DNA of 64,000 nucleotides. It comes from Malacoraja senta. Taxonomy: Eukaryota. The translations under genes and the position numbers were made by a program. Location of the stretch: positions 3,226,001-3,290,000 of the forward strand of contig CM075996.1 in NCBI GenBank assembly GCA_038087875.1, given 5' to 3'. Below the pieces are notes generated by a model, which was given only the letters and a program-made list of their open reading frames with translations, was not told where the DNA came from and did no database searches. This document shows, in pieces, positions 12,988 to 25,972 of this stretch; the stretch's first letter is position 1, and the number at the start of each line of letters is the position of its first letter.

Positions 12988-13639
12988 AACAGAAAATATA
13001 TGGTGTGATGTGATGATTATAGATTCTTATAGTACAAAAGCAGGCCCTTCAGCCCCTCGTGTCTGTGCTGGTTGAAATGACTATGCTTTGATTCAGAGTA
13101 CATTTATAAACCTTAATATTTGGAAATGGTTGATCAACAATTCTGAATAACTTCAGGAAATTTTCCTGCATAGTTGGAATAGAGACCCAGCGCTTGTGAA
13201 TAAACATCTCAGTAAAGGGAAACAGTCCCGGGCATGGAATATGTAGGACACCATGTGAAACATAAACCCCGTTTTCCTCTCTGCTGTGTCCAAGTTAAGC
13301 TCTGCTGTTTCTCTTTTCTGAGTTTGCGAGATGAAGTAAGCTCCCTCAACCCCCTGCCTCCAAACATCACGCCGGTCATTGTACCTTGTACCCGGCCTGA
13401 TGTTTGGAGGCTGGGCCTGAGGGAGCTTACCTCATCTGGCAGCTTGTGTTGTATACCCACCATCCTCTGAGTAAAATAAAGTTCCACCGGTTGAACATTT
13501 GGAACAGCGCTGCTAAATGGGATTAGTACAGAGAGGGCGTTCTGGGCTCTGGAATATAGTTGTTTGGGGGGGTGGGGGGGGTCTGTTTCCTGCTGGGTGA
13601 CTGGTTCCGCCTCGACGCTGTGAAGGCAGAGACGGAGCT

Positions 13640-14219
13640 ATGGCGTGGGTGCGCAGTGTGGTGTCTGCAGCCTGGCTGGCCGAGGCTATCCGCACGGCCA
13701 AGGCAGGGACACTGCGGGTGCTGGACTGCTCCTGGTACCTGCCGGCGGTACCGCGCAACGCAAGAAAGGAGTTCGAGGAGCGGCACATCCCGGGAGCCGC
13801 CTACTTCAACATGGACGAGTGCAGCGACATCTCCTCGTCCTACGAGCACATGATGCCCCCGGCCGAGCACTTCGGCCGGTACGTGGGATCTCTGGGCATC
13901 GCCAGCCGCACGCACGTCGTGGTCTACGACGCCAGCGACTGCGGGATGTTCAGCTCCCCGCGGGTGTGGTGGATGTTCCGGGTTTTCGGCCACAGCCGGG
14001 TGTCGGTGCTGGACGGAGGACTGAAACACTGGTGCCGCCAGGGTCTGCCGGTCTCAGCCGAGCCACAGCAGTCGTCCCCCGCAATCTTCGAGCCGCAGCC
14101 CCGCGACTGGGTCAAGAACTACGAGCAGATCCTGCACAACATTGACAGCAGGGAGTTCCAGTTAGTGGATGCCAGGTCCTCGGGCAGGTTCCAAGGCAGC
14201 GAACCCGAACCTCGACCAG
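13640..14219 (+). CDS. MPST: 3-mercaptopyruvate sulfurtransferase-like (tandem rhodanese), coding exon 1
   Basis: Strong Kozak GCTATGG with an in-frame stop upstream. Motifs LDCSWYLP, HIPGA, YEHMMP, RVWWMFRVFGH, VLDGG, DARSSGRFQGSEPEPR. Phase-1 donor CCAG|GT at 14219/14220. Confidence 0.93.
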
Positions 14220-15186
14220 GTTTCTCAACTCTTCCACGTCATTAGCTCCCTGCTGTGTTAACCTCTTGTGTTTTTAAACAACGATTTTTGTAGAACATAG
14301 CCAGGTTCAAAACCCAACAGGCCATTTGGGGAATTAATTTGGAATTTTGGGAAAAGATACAGAATCAACAGCCACAACAGGAAATCACTTGTCCATTTGC
14401 TGAAACCTAAAAGTAATCCCAGTTAGTTCCATACAATGCTTGCAGACTCTTTATCAAATCCCTCTGGTCATGTTGCCTCCAACAACCTCTTGGCCAGACA
14501 ACCACATTCAGCAGTGCAGAACAAACGTTTACTGCTTCGCCCTGGTCACCCACAGTGTGGACACAACGATCATCTCTACCCTGGGACACTGACGGTCACC
14601 TTTCTTTTGTCATCCAGGACTTCACTTCATACTCTACCTGGGTGTACATTTTATGCCAATACATTTCCTCTTATGATTCTATTTACCTGATCTGGCCACA
14701 GACCCTGCCTTCCCCATGTCCCTCTCTGTTTCTCAGATGACGATGATAATTATTTACATTTGCTTGATGCGATGGCACTTTCTTAATTTCTTAATTAAAA
14801 TTCCTGACATTGCAACTGGCATCATTGAATATAATTGGCCATGTCATCAGCTATTTTTATATCTGATAACTTTTCTCCTGGGGAATTTACATTCCATGTC
14901 TGCAGATTCCTATCCACTCAAATTCAGTACATTCACGCGGACACTTTCTTATGAAAATTCCAAGATTTTTTTCTCTTCTCTCAACTATCTCAGCCACTCG
15001 CATAGTTAACATTCTAGTTATAGCCAAAACAATGCTTTATTTCAGTTTGCTTGTTTTTCCACCATACATTTTCGCATGGAGCCATACAGCATGAAATCGA
15101 GTCCTTCAGCCCAACTCGTCCAAACCCACCACATGAGTCCCGTTATAAAGCTCAGGATTTTGTTTCAAACACAAAGTGCTGAAGTC

Positions 15187-15475
15187 TTAGAATAAAGGGA
15201 AGCCATTTAAGACTGAGGTGAGAAAAAACTTTTTCACCCAGAGAGTTGAGAATTTGTGGAATTCCCTGCCACAGAGGGCAGTGGAAGCCAAGTCACTGGA
15301 TGGATTTAAGAGAGAGTTAGATAGAGCTCCAGGGGCTAGTGGAATCAAGGGATATGGGGAGAAGGCAGGCACGGGTTATCTATTGGGGACGATCAGCCAT
15401 GATCACAATGAATGGTGGTGCTGGCTCAAAGGGCCGAATGGCCTCCTCCTGCACCTATTTTCTATGTTTCTATGT
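15187..15475 (+). mobile_element. CR1 LINE 3' fragment nested in a PLE-derived repeat (MPST intron)
   Basis: RKNFFTQRVENLWNSLPQRAVEA is a CR1 ORF2 C-terminus, followed by a (TTCTATG)n tail. Confidence 0.85.
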
Positions 15476-18400
15476 AACACAGTAGGTCAGGCAGTATCTC
15501 TGGAAAGCATGGATAGGTGACGTTTTGGGTCAGGTCCATTCTTCAGACTGAAATCTTTTTCCGGATTTTGTATGCCTTTTAAGCACCTCCTCAACCTGAT
15601 ATGCTATCTTTACGGTTCTCTTGCACATCTTGTTTATAATTGTACATTTCAGATTGTATTGTCATTCCCCAAACTTTCTACCAAAGAACATCATTGTGTT
15701 CTTTACTCCTAATTGCACCAGCTCGAATATTTCCTCTTGAAAATTATCCTCCCTGCCTTGAATGTAAATCAAAAATTGTCGGTGCTGGAAATCTGAAATA
15801 AAATCAAAAAGTGCTGGATACATTCAGTATACAAGCCGACGTCAATGGATAGTGAAACAGAGTTAATATTTGGTTTAAGATCCTTCCCCAGAACTGAAAT
15901 AGCGAGAAAAAAATGTTTTAAATTGCAGAGACATTAAGGAAGAATAGATAGGACTAAGGAATATATTTGATAAAGGATTAGGTTTATGATAAACTGTTGA
16001 TTAAGTAATTTGGTTGATACGTTAACAAGGCAGTTAGAGAGAAGACAAACAGGGACATGTAAAAGTTCTGAAATGCTGATCAGAGCAATAAGACATGCTT
16101 AGCAGATGAGTGTCACTGAGAGATTACAAAACTGAGCCATTATTGCAGATGGGTATTTTACGGCTTAGCTGTTTAATCTGATATTGAGTCCGGAAGACTG
16201 CAGCTTTCTCAAACAGTTGATGAGGTCCTATCCCTCATCCATATCGGAGGAAGATTATTGGGTCATTTTGTTCTTGTTTGTGGTTTCTTGCTGAAGCATC
16301 TTGAGGAATCCTGAGTCTCAAAGGCTGTCACATTATTTCATTCTTGTAGTTTCAGGATTCTTTTGTTCGATAGATGATGAGTAACAAACTCTGCTTGAGC
16401 TGAAACCCATTCACCATTTTCCATGAGGGACATTTACGTTCTGCACAAGCTGAATTATCTTCTTTGGAAATTATTGGCTGAGAGGGTTGGTGATTTGAAT
16501 TGTGATAAAGCTCTGAAATGATTAACACCCATGTTGATTTAGTATAATAACAGAGCTTTGCAAATGATTGGTCAAACATTTATAGGTCAACTACCTGAAT
16601 AACTGAGATTTATGTAATTTATAGTGTTCTCTACCTCCAACTAGAGATGAATAATCGAGCTGCAATCATTTAAATATTCCAGTGAAATTGCATAATTGTT
16701 TGGGTCTCTGGAATCACAGAAATCCACCGAGATGGAGATTGTAAAAACAAAGAACTGCAGGTGCTGCTTTATACCAAAGATAGACACAAAGTGCTGGAGT
16801 AACTCAGAAGGTCAGGCAGCATCTCTGGAGAAAAAGGATGGGTGACGTTTCGGATCCGGACCCTACTTCAGACTGAAGAAGAGTTACCCCAGCCCTTTGT
16901 GTCTATCTTTGAGATGGAGATTGTGTTGATCTGTGCCTGGCCTATCATCAATGTAAATTCCCTCCTCAATGTAAATTCTCACCCCTCAGTAAATTTCCTC
17001 TCTATCCCATCAATCCAGGCAATTTATGCAAAGATCACTGTTAAAAAGCTTGGCGAAACAACAAGTCTGCATGGATCTAGAAAACCAAATGCGATTCTCA
17101 TTTCTTGGCGATTGTTCCACGATCACTACCTAACATCTTGTAATTGTGGATGTGATGTGAAAGGGGATTCAGCTCACGTTTTGTCATTGTTCACCACAGC
17201 ACCACCCGTTTCAATTCTGTAAAATGTTCAACCCACCTCAATTTAAATTATGATCATAGTCATTATTTTGTTAATCACCGTGGTCCATTTGCTCTATGTT
17301 CTTCTCCCTCGGTTTGAATACCCACTGTCACCAAAAAGGAATTATATTGCCTGTTAGATAGAATGTCTCAATATAAGAAGAGCACACCCCAGGAGTATTT
17401 GTATCCTCAATCTTTGATTGCTTATTATATAAACATTGTGAATCATCACCACTGGCAACTAAGGTGACTTAGGAAAGGTCAATGTTTTATAATAAGACCT
17501 GGGTGACGACTGAAGTCGGCGGTGTGACTCTCTCCGCATAGCACACCAAGGTCAGAAGAGACATTGAGAGGGGAAAAAATGGAGTTGGCTGAGGTTTAAA
17601 AAAAAATTAGGATTGGGAAAATGTTTGAGAGTTGCATAGATATGCTGCCCACTGTTTGTTTCTTCGCTTCACAGGTACTACCTATGAACTCTCTTCATCA
17701 GTAGACTGTTCTCTCTCATCCATGTTCCACATTCCTGACATTCCCTAAGCAGAGAAGTTCCTCTTGAATTATCCTCTATTTTAGTAATGGCTGCCAAATA
17801 TAAGGCCCATCGTTCTGGAATCACCTTGGAAAAAAAATAATCTTTATAGCTACTCTTATACTATCACACAATCCCTATACTATCATACTATCTCTTTCTC
17901 TCTTCACCCCCCCCCCCAAATCGGTCTGAAGAAGGTCCTGACCCGAATTGTCACCTATCCATGTTCTCCAGAGATGCTGCCTGACCCACTGAGTTACTCC
18001 AGCACTTTATGTCCCCTTTCTTTAATCAAATAATATGATTTTCCTGACATAGATTTGTCTGAGCCCACCAACTCCACTGGGGTGGAATGATTGTAATTAT
18101 CCTTTTGCTTTTTTCAATAATAGTGCAAGAGTTCTACTATCTGTGTGTTTCTCTGACACACTTGTTTTTAAATCTCTGGAAGGGATTGGAATATGTGGTG
18201 TCGGGGAGGGGGAGGTATCCAAAGCAGAAGTATGGTAGATGCAAAAGTTGAGGCAAACATAAATGTGAAAGTGAGCATGTTCAGGAGACAGGACAGATAG
18301 GGATGAGAGAGAAAAGTCTGATAAACTAAACCTCAATTATTTTAATGCAAGAAGCCTGATAGATAAGGCAGATGAACTCAGGGCAAGAATTGGTATATTG

Positions 18401-19431
18401 GACTGTTTTTATAGCCACAACAGAAACATTGGTGAGGGAGGGGCAGCCCAATGTTCCAGGGTACTGATGCCACAGGCATGATGGAGTTAGAGCTAAGAGG
18501 AGAAGTGGGGATTTTTGATTAGGGAGACATCACAGCAGAACTTAGAGAGGATGTTTTGGGGGGAATCGTCAGTGAGGCTACATGGTTGCAATTTAGAAAT
18601 AAGAAGGGGGTGATAGCTTATGTGGCCAATTTTATAGATGTTACAGAGATAGGCGGAGGGACAGGTAGTGTTGATGAAGCAGGGTGTCTGTACAAGGACT
18701 TGAACAGGTTGGCAGTTCATAAATTATAGGAGCTGAATTCTCTCAGATGCGAGCTGATCTGCTGAGTATTCTCTACAGCTTCTGTTTTTATTCCGGACTT
18801 TCATCACCTTCGGTATTTTGCTTTTGAAGTAAAAGGGAGATCTTGGGATGTGTGAATAGCTCAGAAATACAGCATGGGAAAAGGCCCCTCGGCTTACCGG
18901 ATCCATGCTGACTTTCAATCGCCCATTCACACTGGTTCTAAGTTATCCCACTTTCTTATCCGCTCCCATCACACTAGGGGTAATTTTTCAAACGTCAATT
19001 AAACTACAAACCTGCACATCTTTGGGATGTGGAGGAATCCGGAGCACCCGGAGGAAATCACATGTGGGAGAAAATGCAAACTCCACACAGGCTGCACCTG
19101 AGGTCAGGATTCAACCCGGATCCCTGACGCTGTGAGGCAGCAGCTCAACCACCTGTGCTACCCAAATAGAATTTACAGAATCATATTTGAAAACTGTGAC
19201 ATTGAGGATTAAAGGCTAAAATTAACATTAAAAGTTAATTTAGCCTAAGCTTAAGTATAACAGGGTGAGGTCTTGGAAAGATTAGAACAAGTAATTAATT
19301 ACCCTCTTTCTGCATCCAATCTTCTGCTGCTGAACCATCCAGTATTTGCAATGTTTTATTTAATATTTATAACATGCAGAGTATTTTGCTTTGAAAAAGC
19401 TCTCACATTTTTTCCTGCCGTACTGCTCCAG

Positions 19432-19733
19432 GTTACGATTCCGGTCACATCCCCGGCAGCATCAATATCCCCTTCAACAATCTCTTGGAATCGGAGACCC
19501 TAAAAATCAAGAGCGAGAAAGAGCTGAATAGCATCTTCACAGAACATGATGTTGACCTGTCTAAACCACTGGTGGGGACGTGCGGCACTGGGGTCACTGC
19601 CTGCCACATTGCTCTCGCTGCCCACCTCTGCGGGAAAGAGGATGTGATGATCTACGATGGCGCCTGGGTGGAATGGTTCACAAGAGCTGACCCAAGTTAT
19701 ATCATCTCAGTGAAAAATGAGAAGACTGAATAG
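19432..19733 (+). CDS. MPST: 3-mercaptopyruvate sulfurtransferase-like, coding exon 2
   Basis: Acceptor TTTTTCCTGCCGTACTGCTCCAG|GT, phase-matched. Encodes GYDSGHIPGSINIPF...TCGTGVTACHIALAA...YDGAWVEW...*. Spliced CDS is 882 nt (293 aa). The active-site loop is MPST-type (CG[S/T]GVT), not TST-type (CRKGVT). Confidence 0.92.
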
Positions 19734-22700
19734 GCACCACGGAATGTCAACCATTTGGATTGTACTTCTCCCCTTCTGATATCTTTGAAAGATTAGTGAG
19801 TCTCTTCAATTTTTTAAATTATTGTTAGGGCACCCTATCTCTTATTCAGTTGTGAGTTAGGACGAAGGAATCTTTAAAACTAAGCTTGTAATTTTACATT
19901 AAGGGTTCTATCTGCCCTATTAACAGGGTATTCCAAGTACTTGGCTAGTATTCTTCATGGCAGCAATAGCACCTTCCTCCGCACTTGTGGATTTATGAAG
20001 TTGGTGTATAAACTAAGGGGGGAAGTTTGGGTGGGTAGAGAAGAGCCAAGGTGACCCCTCCCCAAGATGTTGAGGGGAAATGTTAACACTAGAGGAATAT
20101 ATAGCAAACATCACACAACCCCAGCCTTAGTACTCAAATCCCTGGAGGCAGACCTGACCCCTTGATTTGTGATTCATGTGAGATTGTAATGTCAGGTCAT
20201 ACAGTGAATTACCGGTACTTCAAGAGCACAGCAATGCTTTCTGAATGAGACACAAGTCTTTCAATTTAGGATGCCAGATGATCTAATGCAAGTCTGAATA
20301 TCGTCGATCTTCCAAATGACATTGCCAAAAGGCAAAAGTTTCTGAGCTGCTTTCAAAGACCAGGCTAGGAATTGAATTTAGCCAGCACTTTAGCTTAGAT
20401 CCTGGCTCCATCCTGTCACTAACTTAAGCCTTGCCAAGCAATGCCAGAACACATCCCTTCAGCAAGGTAGAAATATTGGATGTGGGAAGGAAGTAATTAA
20501 ATTGAAACGGATAGAAAGGACATTGTAAAGATGCAATAATACGTGGGATGAATTAGCATAAGGTAAAACCCCCTATCGTTCCCAATTAATCAAATTAAGA
20601 ATTAAAATAGCCTCGAAACTAATTTTACATTGAGTGCTGCCAAGCATATGCAACAATATTGTCCAACGTATAGGGCAATATACTAACCTAGAATCAATCT
20701 CAGATAGAAAATAGGTGTAGGAGGAGGCCATTTGGCCTTTCGAGCCTGCACCGCTTTGAATGTATAAAAGATTAAAACTGTAGAATTGTCAGAACAGCTT
20801 GTGCCTTGGTTTGTTTATACTCTACTTATTGAAATAAAGGTAAGACAGGAAACATAGACATGTCTGCTTACTGACTGAATTTACTTCACAGTGAATGTCA
20901 CAGAGAAGAACAGTGCCTGAACAATTATTAGTGTCCCTTTATTGGTTCCTCTTCACAAAGTGTTCCTCACTTACTGCATGTCCATGTTTGCTCTGATTTT
21001 CAGGAATTGGCTTGTGAGGAGAGATCAAGTACACACACTATACTTTGAAAGAATAATTGGTGATTTCATTGAATTAGGTAACATTCTGAGAGTTTGACAT
21101 GGTGGATGGATATAAGCAGTTTCCCCTAAGTGGAAAGTCTAGAACGAGGAGAATTGTCCCAGGATAAGGGCCAGCAACTTTGGACTAAGAGGAAATAATT
21201 TATCAGCAATTGATCATAGACTTCAAGGGAACATTTTTTCTCTCAGAATTGTAATTTTGGTGATTCTTTACATTGGAAATAGAGGGAATGAATGTATTCC
21301 AGGTGGAGATTAAGAAACATTTTAACTACAAGGTAGTCAAGGGGCATGGAAGGCAGAGTGAGAAGGCTCAATTATGATCTTATTGAATGGGCAGAGTGGG
21401 CTGCTCCCCTTTGTTTAATTACAGTGGCTGAAGACAACAGGTTCCCTGTGGGCACCACCGCACTGTAGAGACGGCATCCACATTGTGAACCAAAACCAGA
21501 ACACTGGAAGAACCTGTGGGTCAAGCAGCATCTGTAGAGGCAAAAAAATATGTTTTAGGTCAAGACCCTGCATCAAGGTCCTTTAGCAGTCCCTTCTCTG
21601 CTAACCCGGAGATCAAGAATTCAAGAGTGTTTAATTGGCATGTGTACTGACAACGGAACAATTAAATTCTGACTTGCAGCAGCATTCAGTCCATTAAACA
21701 CAATACATACAGATAATATGCAATAAATGTTAAAATAATTAATAACTACAATACTAGTACAAAACAAAAGAAGCACAAAGTGCAGTGAGGCAGTGAAAAT
21801 GGAAGGTATGAGATCAACAAGGGCCTATCGAGCTCACCATTCATCAGACATTTTTCACTTTCCACGTTTCATCTTCTTAAATATTCACGTTTAAAAACGT
21901 TTCCAGTTCCGATAGTTCCTGATCTGAAACGTTAACTGGATTTTTCTCTTGACCAGAGATGAATCCTGTCATGAATTGTGCAGGATTTTATGATTTTATT
22001 ATAAATGTAATGCTCTCTCACAACCAGACCAGTGGATCTGTAAACTAAACTAAAGTGTTTGACGAGAGATAACAAATGAAAGTAATTCATGATAACAGCC
22101 CTCTTTGAGGGAGTTTTAACTTAGTTATATACAAACCTAATCTACAAACGTGCACGTCTTTGGGGTGTCGGGAAAAAACAGAAAACCCAGGGAAAATCCA
22201 CGTGGTCAAAGGGGAAATGTACAAACTCCACACAGACAGCACCTGAGGTCAGGGTTGAACCCAGGTCTCTGGCACTGTTAGGCAGCACTCTACCAACTGC
22301 GCCACTGTTGAATTTTGGGGAGGTTGAGGAAGGTGGATTTAGTGGTAATTAAAGTGCAAACTAATGGAAATAGCAGTCAGGCAGCATCTGTCAGTGGCCT
22401 TTCAATAGAACACTCAGAGCATTAGTGGTGTCCCTTGACCTGGATTATTCTATGTATATTCAAGTACTATATATGGGAAATGTGACGTCAAACAATTGAA
22501 CCGTTACTCAATGAGACAGTACAACATATGAACAGGCCCTTCGGCCCACAATATATGCCATATATGATGTTGTTAAACTAATCTCCTAAACTAGTCGGAG
22601 AACAAGGGTGCGACTGAGGGAGGGAATGTAAGGGTCACTTGAAGGTAGAGAAATCAATATTCAAACTGCTGGGTTGTAACCTTTTTCTGAAGAAGGGTCA

Positions 22701-22949
22701 CGACTCGAAACGTCACCCATTCCTTCTCTCCAGAGATGCTGCCTGTCCTGCTGAGTTACTCCAGCTTTTTGTGTCTATCTTTGGTTTAACCAAAGCATCT
22801 TGCAGTTCCTTCTTGTTTAAGAAGGAACTGCAGATGCTGGAAAATCGAAGGTAGACAAAAATGCTGGAGAAACTCAGCGGGTGAGGCAGCATCTATGGAG
22901 CGAATGAAACAGGCCACCTTGCAGTCCCTTCTTAATCAGTGGGGGTTCG

Positions 22950-23350
22950 CTGCTGCTGCAGGTGGCGCTATGTTTGGAGGACTGACGGGCGGGTGGGCGC
23001 GGTGGCAGCAGCAGCAGCAGCAGCAGCAGGGGGCGCTCCAGCGGCTTGACCGGACGCGGCGCAATGTCGGCGGCGCTTCTCAGAAAGGGGCTGCATCTGA
23101 TGAGCGAAGATGTGAAAGGTAACAGAACTCGGGCACAAAGGGTTCAGTTCGAGCGCCGGCGGCCGGTGCCGTCGGGATAATGCGGCCGCGGGGGGTAGAG
23201 AAGGAGAAGGAGAAGGTGATGGGATGGAAGGCGCCATTTAGCATTAGGCCGCTCGCCCGCGGCGCCAGGCGTCGCTGTACTGGCCTCCCGACGCAAGGGG
23301 CGCGGTGGAGGTCCGCTATAGCGCCCCCTTGTGGTGCGGAGGAGAACAGC
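22950..23350. promoter_or_regulatory. RPS19BP1 CpG-island promoter with a (CAG)n tract and three CTCF-like motifs
   Basis: CpG-rich. CTGCAGGTGGCGCTA (22956-22970, +), CAGCAGGGGGCGCTC (23024-23038, +), ACCACAAGGGGGCGCTA (23319-23335, -). Confidence 0.65.
23064..23118 (+). CDS. RPS19BP1: RPS19-binding protein 1 / AROS, exon 1
   Basis: MSAALLRKGLHLMSEDVK matches the AROS N-terminus (MSAALLRRGLELL, recalled human sequence). Donor AAG|GTAACA, phase 1. Confidence 0.9.
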
Positions 23351-23394
23351 GACGATTCCAGGCAGAGTGATACAGTGGAAAACAAGACCAACTT

Positions 23395-23430
23395 GGGTCT
23401 GAAGAAGGGTTTCGGCCCGAAACGTTGCCT
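23395..23430 (+). ncRNA. Minimal type I hammerhead ribozyme-like motif in a PLE-derived repeat
   Basis: GGGT-CTGAAGA-A-GGGT(TTCG)GCCC-GAAA-CG-TT-GCCT: catalytic core, stem II and a palindromic ACGT stem III. Folded by eye. Confidence 0.6.
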
Positions 23431-23544
23431 ATCTCCTTCGCTCCATAGATGCTGCTGCACCCGCTGAGTTTCTCCAGAAATGTTGTGTACCTTCGATTTT
23501 CCAGCATCTGCAGTTCCTTCTTTAACAAGACCAACTTGACCAAC

Positions 23545-24340
23545 AAGACCTGCCTGCGCTTGGTCCATAACTCTCTAAACCTGTCCTATTCATGTACCTG
23601 TCTCTTTTTTTCTGAAACATTGCGATAGTCTCCTCAACGACCTCCTTTGGCAACTTGTTCCATACACCCACCATCCTTTGTGTGAAAAAGTTACCCCTCA
23701 GCTTCCTATTAAATCTTTTCCCTTCACCTTAAACTTATGTCCCCTGGTTCTCAATTCACCTATTCTGGGCAAGAGACTCAATGCATTTGCCTGATCTATT
23801 GCTCTCATGATTTTATACATCTCGATATGACCACCCCCTCATCCTCCTGCCCTCCAAGGAACAGAGTCCCAGCCTGCTCAATCTTTCCCTGTGACTCAGA
23901 CCCTCTAGTCATGGCAACATCTTCATAAATCTTCTCTGCACCCTTTACCAGCATGACAACATCTTAGAACTGAACACAATGCTCTAAATGCTCCAGCAAA
24001 AAATAATGTGGCCTCATAATTTCATAAGTGGTAGGAGCTGAATTAGGCCATTCGATCCATCAAGTTTACTCTGCCGTTCAATCATGGCTGATCTATTCCT
24101 CCCACTCAACCCAATTCCCCTCATAATAACGACGCCCATTATTAATCAAGAATTTATCTATCTATTTCCGTCATAAAAATATCCATTGACTGGCCTCGAT
24201 AGCTTTCTGTGGCAATGAATTCCAGATTCACCACCCTCTGACTAAAGAAATTCCTGCTCATCTCCTGCCTAAAGGAACGTCCCTTTATACTGAGGTTTTG
24301 GTCTCTGGTTTTAAACTCTCCTGCTAGTGGAAACATCCTC
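23545..24340 (-). mobile_element. Two adjacent CR1 LINE 3' fragments (RPS19BP1 intron 1)
   Basis: The - strand carries CR1 ORF2 C-terminal motifs (MFPLAGEFKTRDQNLSIKGRSF..RNFFSQRVVNL) and CR1 3' UTRs. Confidence 0.8.
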
Positions 24341-24947
24341 CAGCTTTTTGTGTCTGTTTCTGGCACTTCGTTTATCTCAGTATTTTCTCCAGAGACTCCC
24401 TCGCCGGGAGTCCCTGGAGAAGAGCTCCAACCGCCGTCCTGAAGCCGCGGTCTCCGGCAGGGAAGCACCGATTCGGGACTTACCTTCCAGACGAGACGGC
24501 CTGTCATCTGGCCACCCGCAGAGGTTATGGCCCCAACCACAGGGGAAAATGGAGGAGGACTGACTATACCTTGTGCATTCCACCACAGTGAAGAATGCTG
24601 TGGTGGATGTTTGTGTTAAATTTTTATTGTGTGCTTCTTTTTTATTGTACCGCTGATGGCAATTTCATTTCACTGCACTTTATTGTGTATGTGATGAATA
24701 AATCTGATTGATTTATTGATTGTTAACGCAGTACAGGTTGCCTTACTGATTTATAACCAATGAAGTACTATCAAAGTGTGTAGTCATCCGGAGATACAAG
24801 GAATTATAGATGCTTGTATGAAGAGTGCTGAAGAAGCTCAGTGGGTCAGTCGCTTATTGATCCCCAAATATTGTAGTCCAGTGCAACTCTCTCATTGTCA
24901 TCCCATGCACCCTACCGTAGTGACCGACCCTCCTTGCTGTGTTCTAG

Positions 24948-25109
24948 TTCAAGGTCCAGACAGGAAGGCAAATCGAGGACAACCATCTGCTGCTGACCGT
25001 TTGGCCACCACAACCAAGAAGGGAAGAATGAAGCAATTGGAGAGAATTCGCAGACAGTTGGAAACGAACAAAGCTACCGTCAAAGGGAAAATAGTTAAAT
25101 CAGCACTGG
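24948..25109 (+). CDS. RPS19BP1: RPS19BP1 exon 2
   Basis: Acceptor TGTGTTCTAG| (an alternative in-frame AG would start the exon at 24954). Ends ...VKGKIVKSAL G|GTGAGT, matching KGKVPKSALD. Confidence 0.85.
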
Positions 25110-25875
25110 GTGAGTTTAGTTTAGAGATACAGCGCAGAAACAGGCCCTTCGAATCCGCGCCGACCGGCGATCCCAGCACACTAACACTATCCCACACACA
25201 CTGGGGACAATTTACAATTTGAAGTGTGGGAGGAAACTGGAGATCCCAGAGAAAACCCACGCAGGTTGCAGGGAGAACGTACAAACTTAGTGCAGACATG
25301 CACCCCGTAGTCGGGATTGATCCTGGGTCCCTGGCGCTGTAAGGCAGCAACGCTACCGCTGCCGCTTCGTCTACTAGCGCGAGATGGTTATCGTGTGACA
25401 TAACCAGCTACTGCACCAGGTGCACTGTTTGTTTACACAGCATAGTAACCTGCCCAACCCTGATACTGCTGGCTGTATTCTTAACAGGAAGCATGTACTG
25501 ACACTGTTGTTAAGGTTCATCCGAATTCGAGATCAAGTAACCAGCAGCTGCAGAGTTATGTTCCAAATAAGGAGTCAGTGACTTCACTCTCTGCACAGAA
25601 AATCCATCACAGACGCGCTCTACTCAACCTGGTGGTGTTTGTTTTTAGTTTAGACATACAGCGAGGAAGCAGACCCTTCCGCCCACCGAGTCCGCGCCGA
25701 CCAATGATCCTCCGCACACATTAACACTGGGCAGTGTTTTTATTACCACAAGTTTCCTAACACCTTCATAATCCGAAAGGCCTCAAAAAGTAGAAGGAGT
25801 ACAGTCCAGCCGACAGATCGGCGCTTGGTCCTAGTTCCTGATTCCAGAACTAATGAGTCTTGTTTGCCTTCACAG

Positions 25876-25972
25876 AGGAGTATAAGAAAAACAGAGCCGC
25901 TGACCATACTGAGGAGAATCTCGGTATTTGCTTGGGTCCAAACAGCTGACCGAGAGCAGCATTACTCAAAAG
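25876..25972 (+). CDS. RPS19BP1: RPS19BP1 exon 3 (1-nt deletion as assembled)
   Basis: Acceptor CTTCACAG|, donor AAG|GTTTGT. Reads EEYKKNRAADHTEENL, then RYLLGSKQLTESSITQK in a shifted frame. The exon is 97 nt, but the flanking phases require 98. Confidence 0.85.

Noticed and set aside
13523..14145. Overlapping alternative-frame and antisense ORFs over MPST exon 1
   Set aside because: Expected from the high GC3 of the real exon.
14220..14245. C-terminal FSTLPRH* of the 201-aa rhodanese ORF
   Set aside because: Intron read-through; splicing to 19432 completes the second rhodanese domain.
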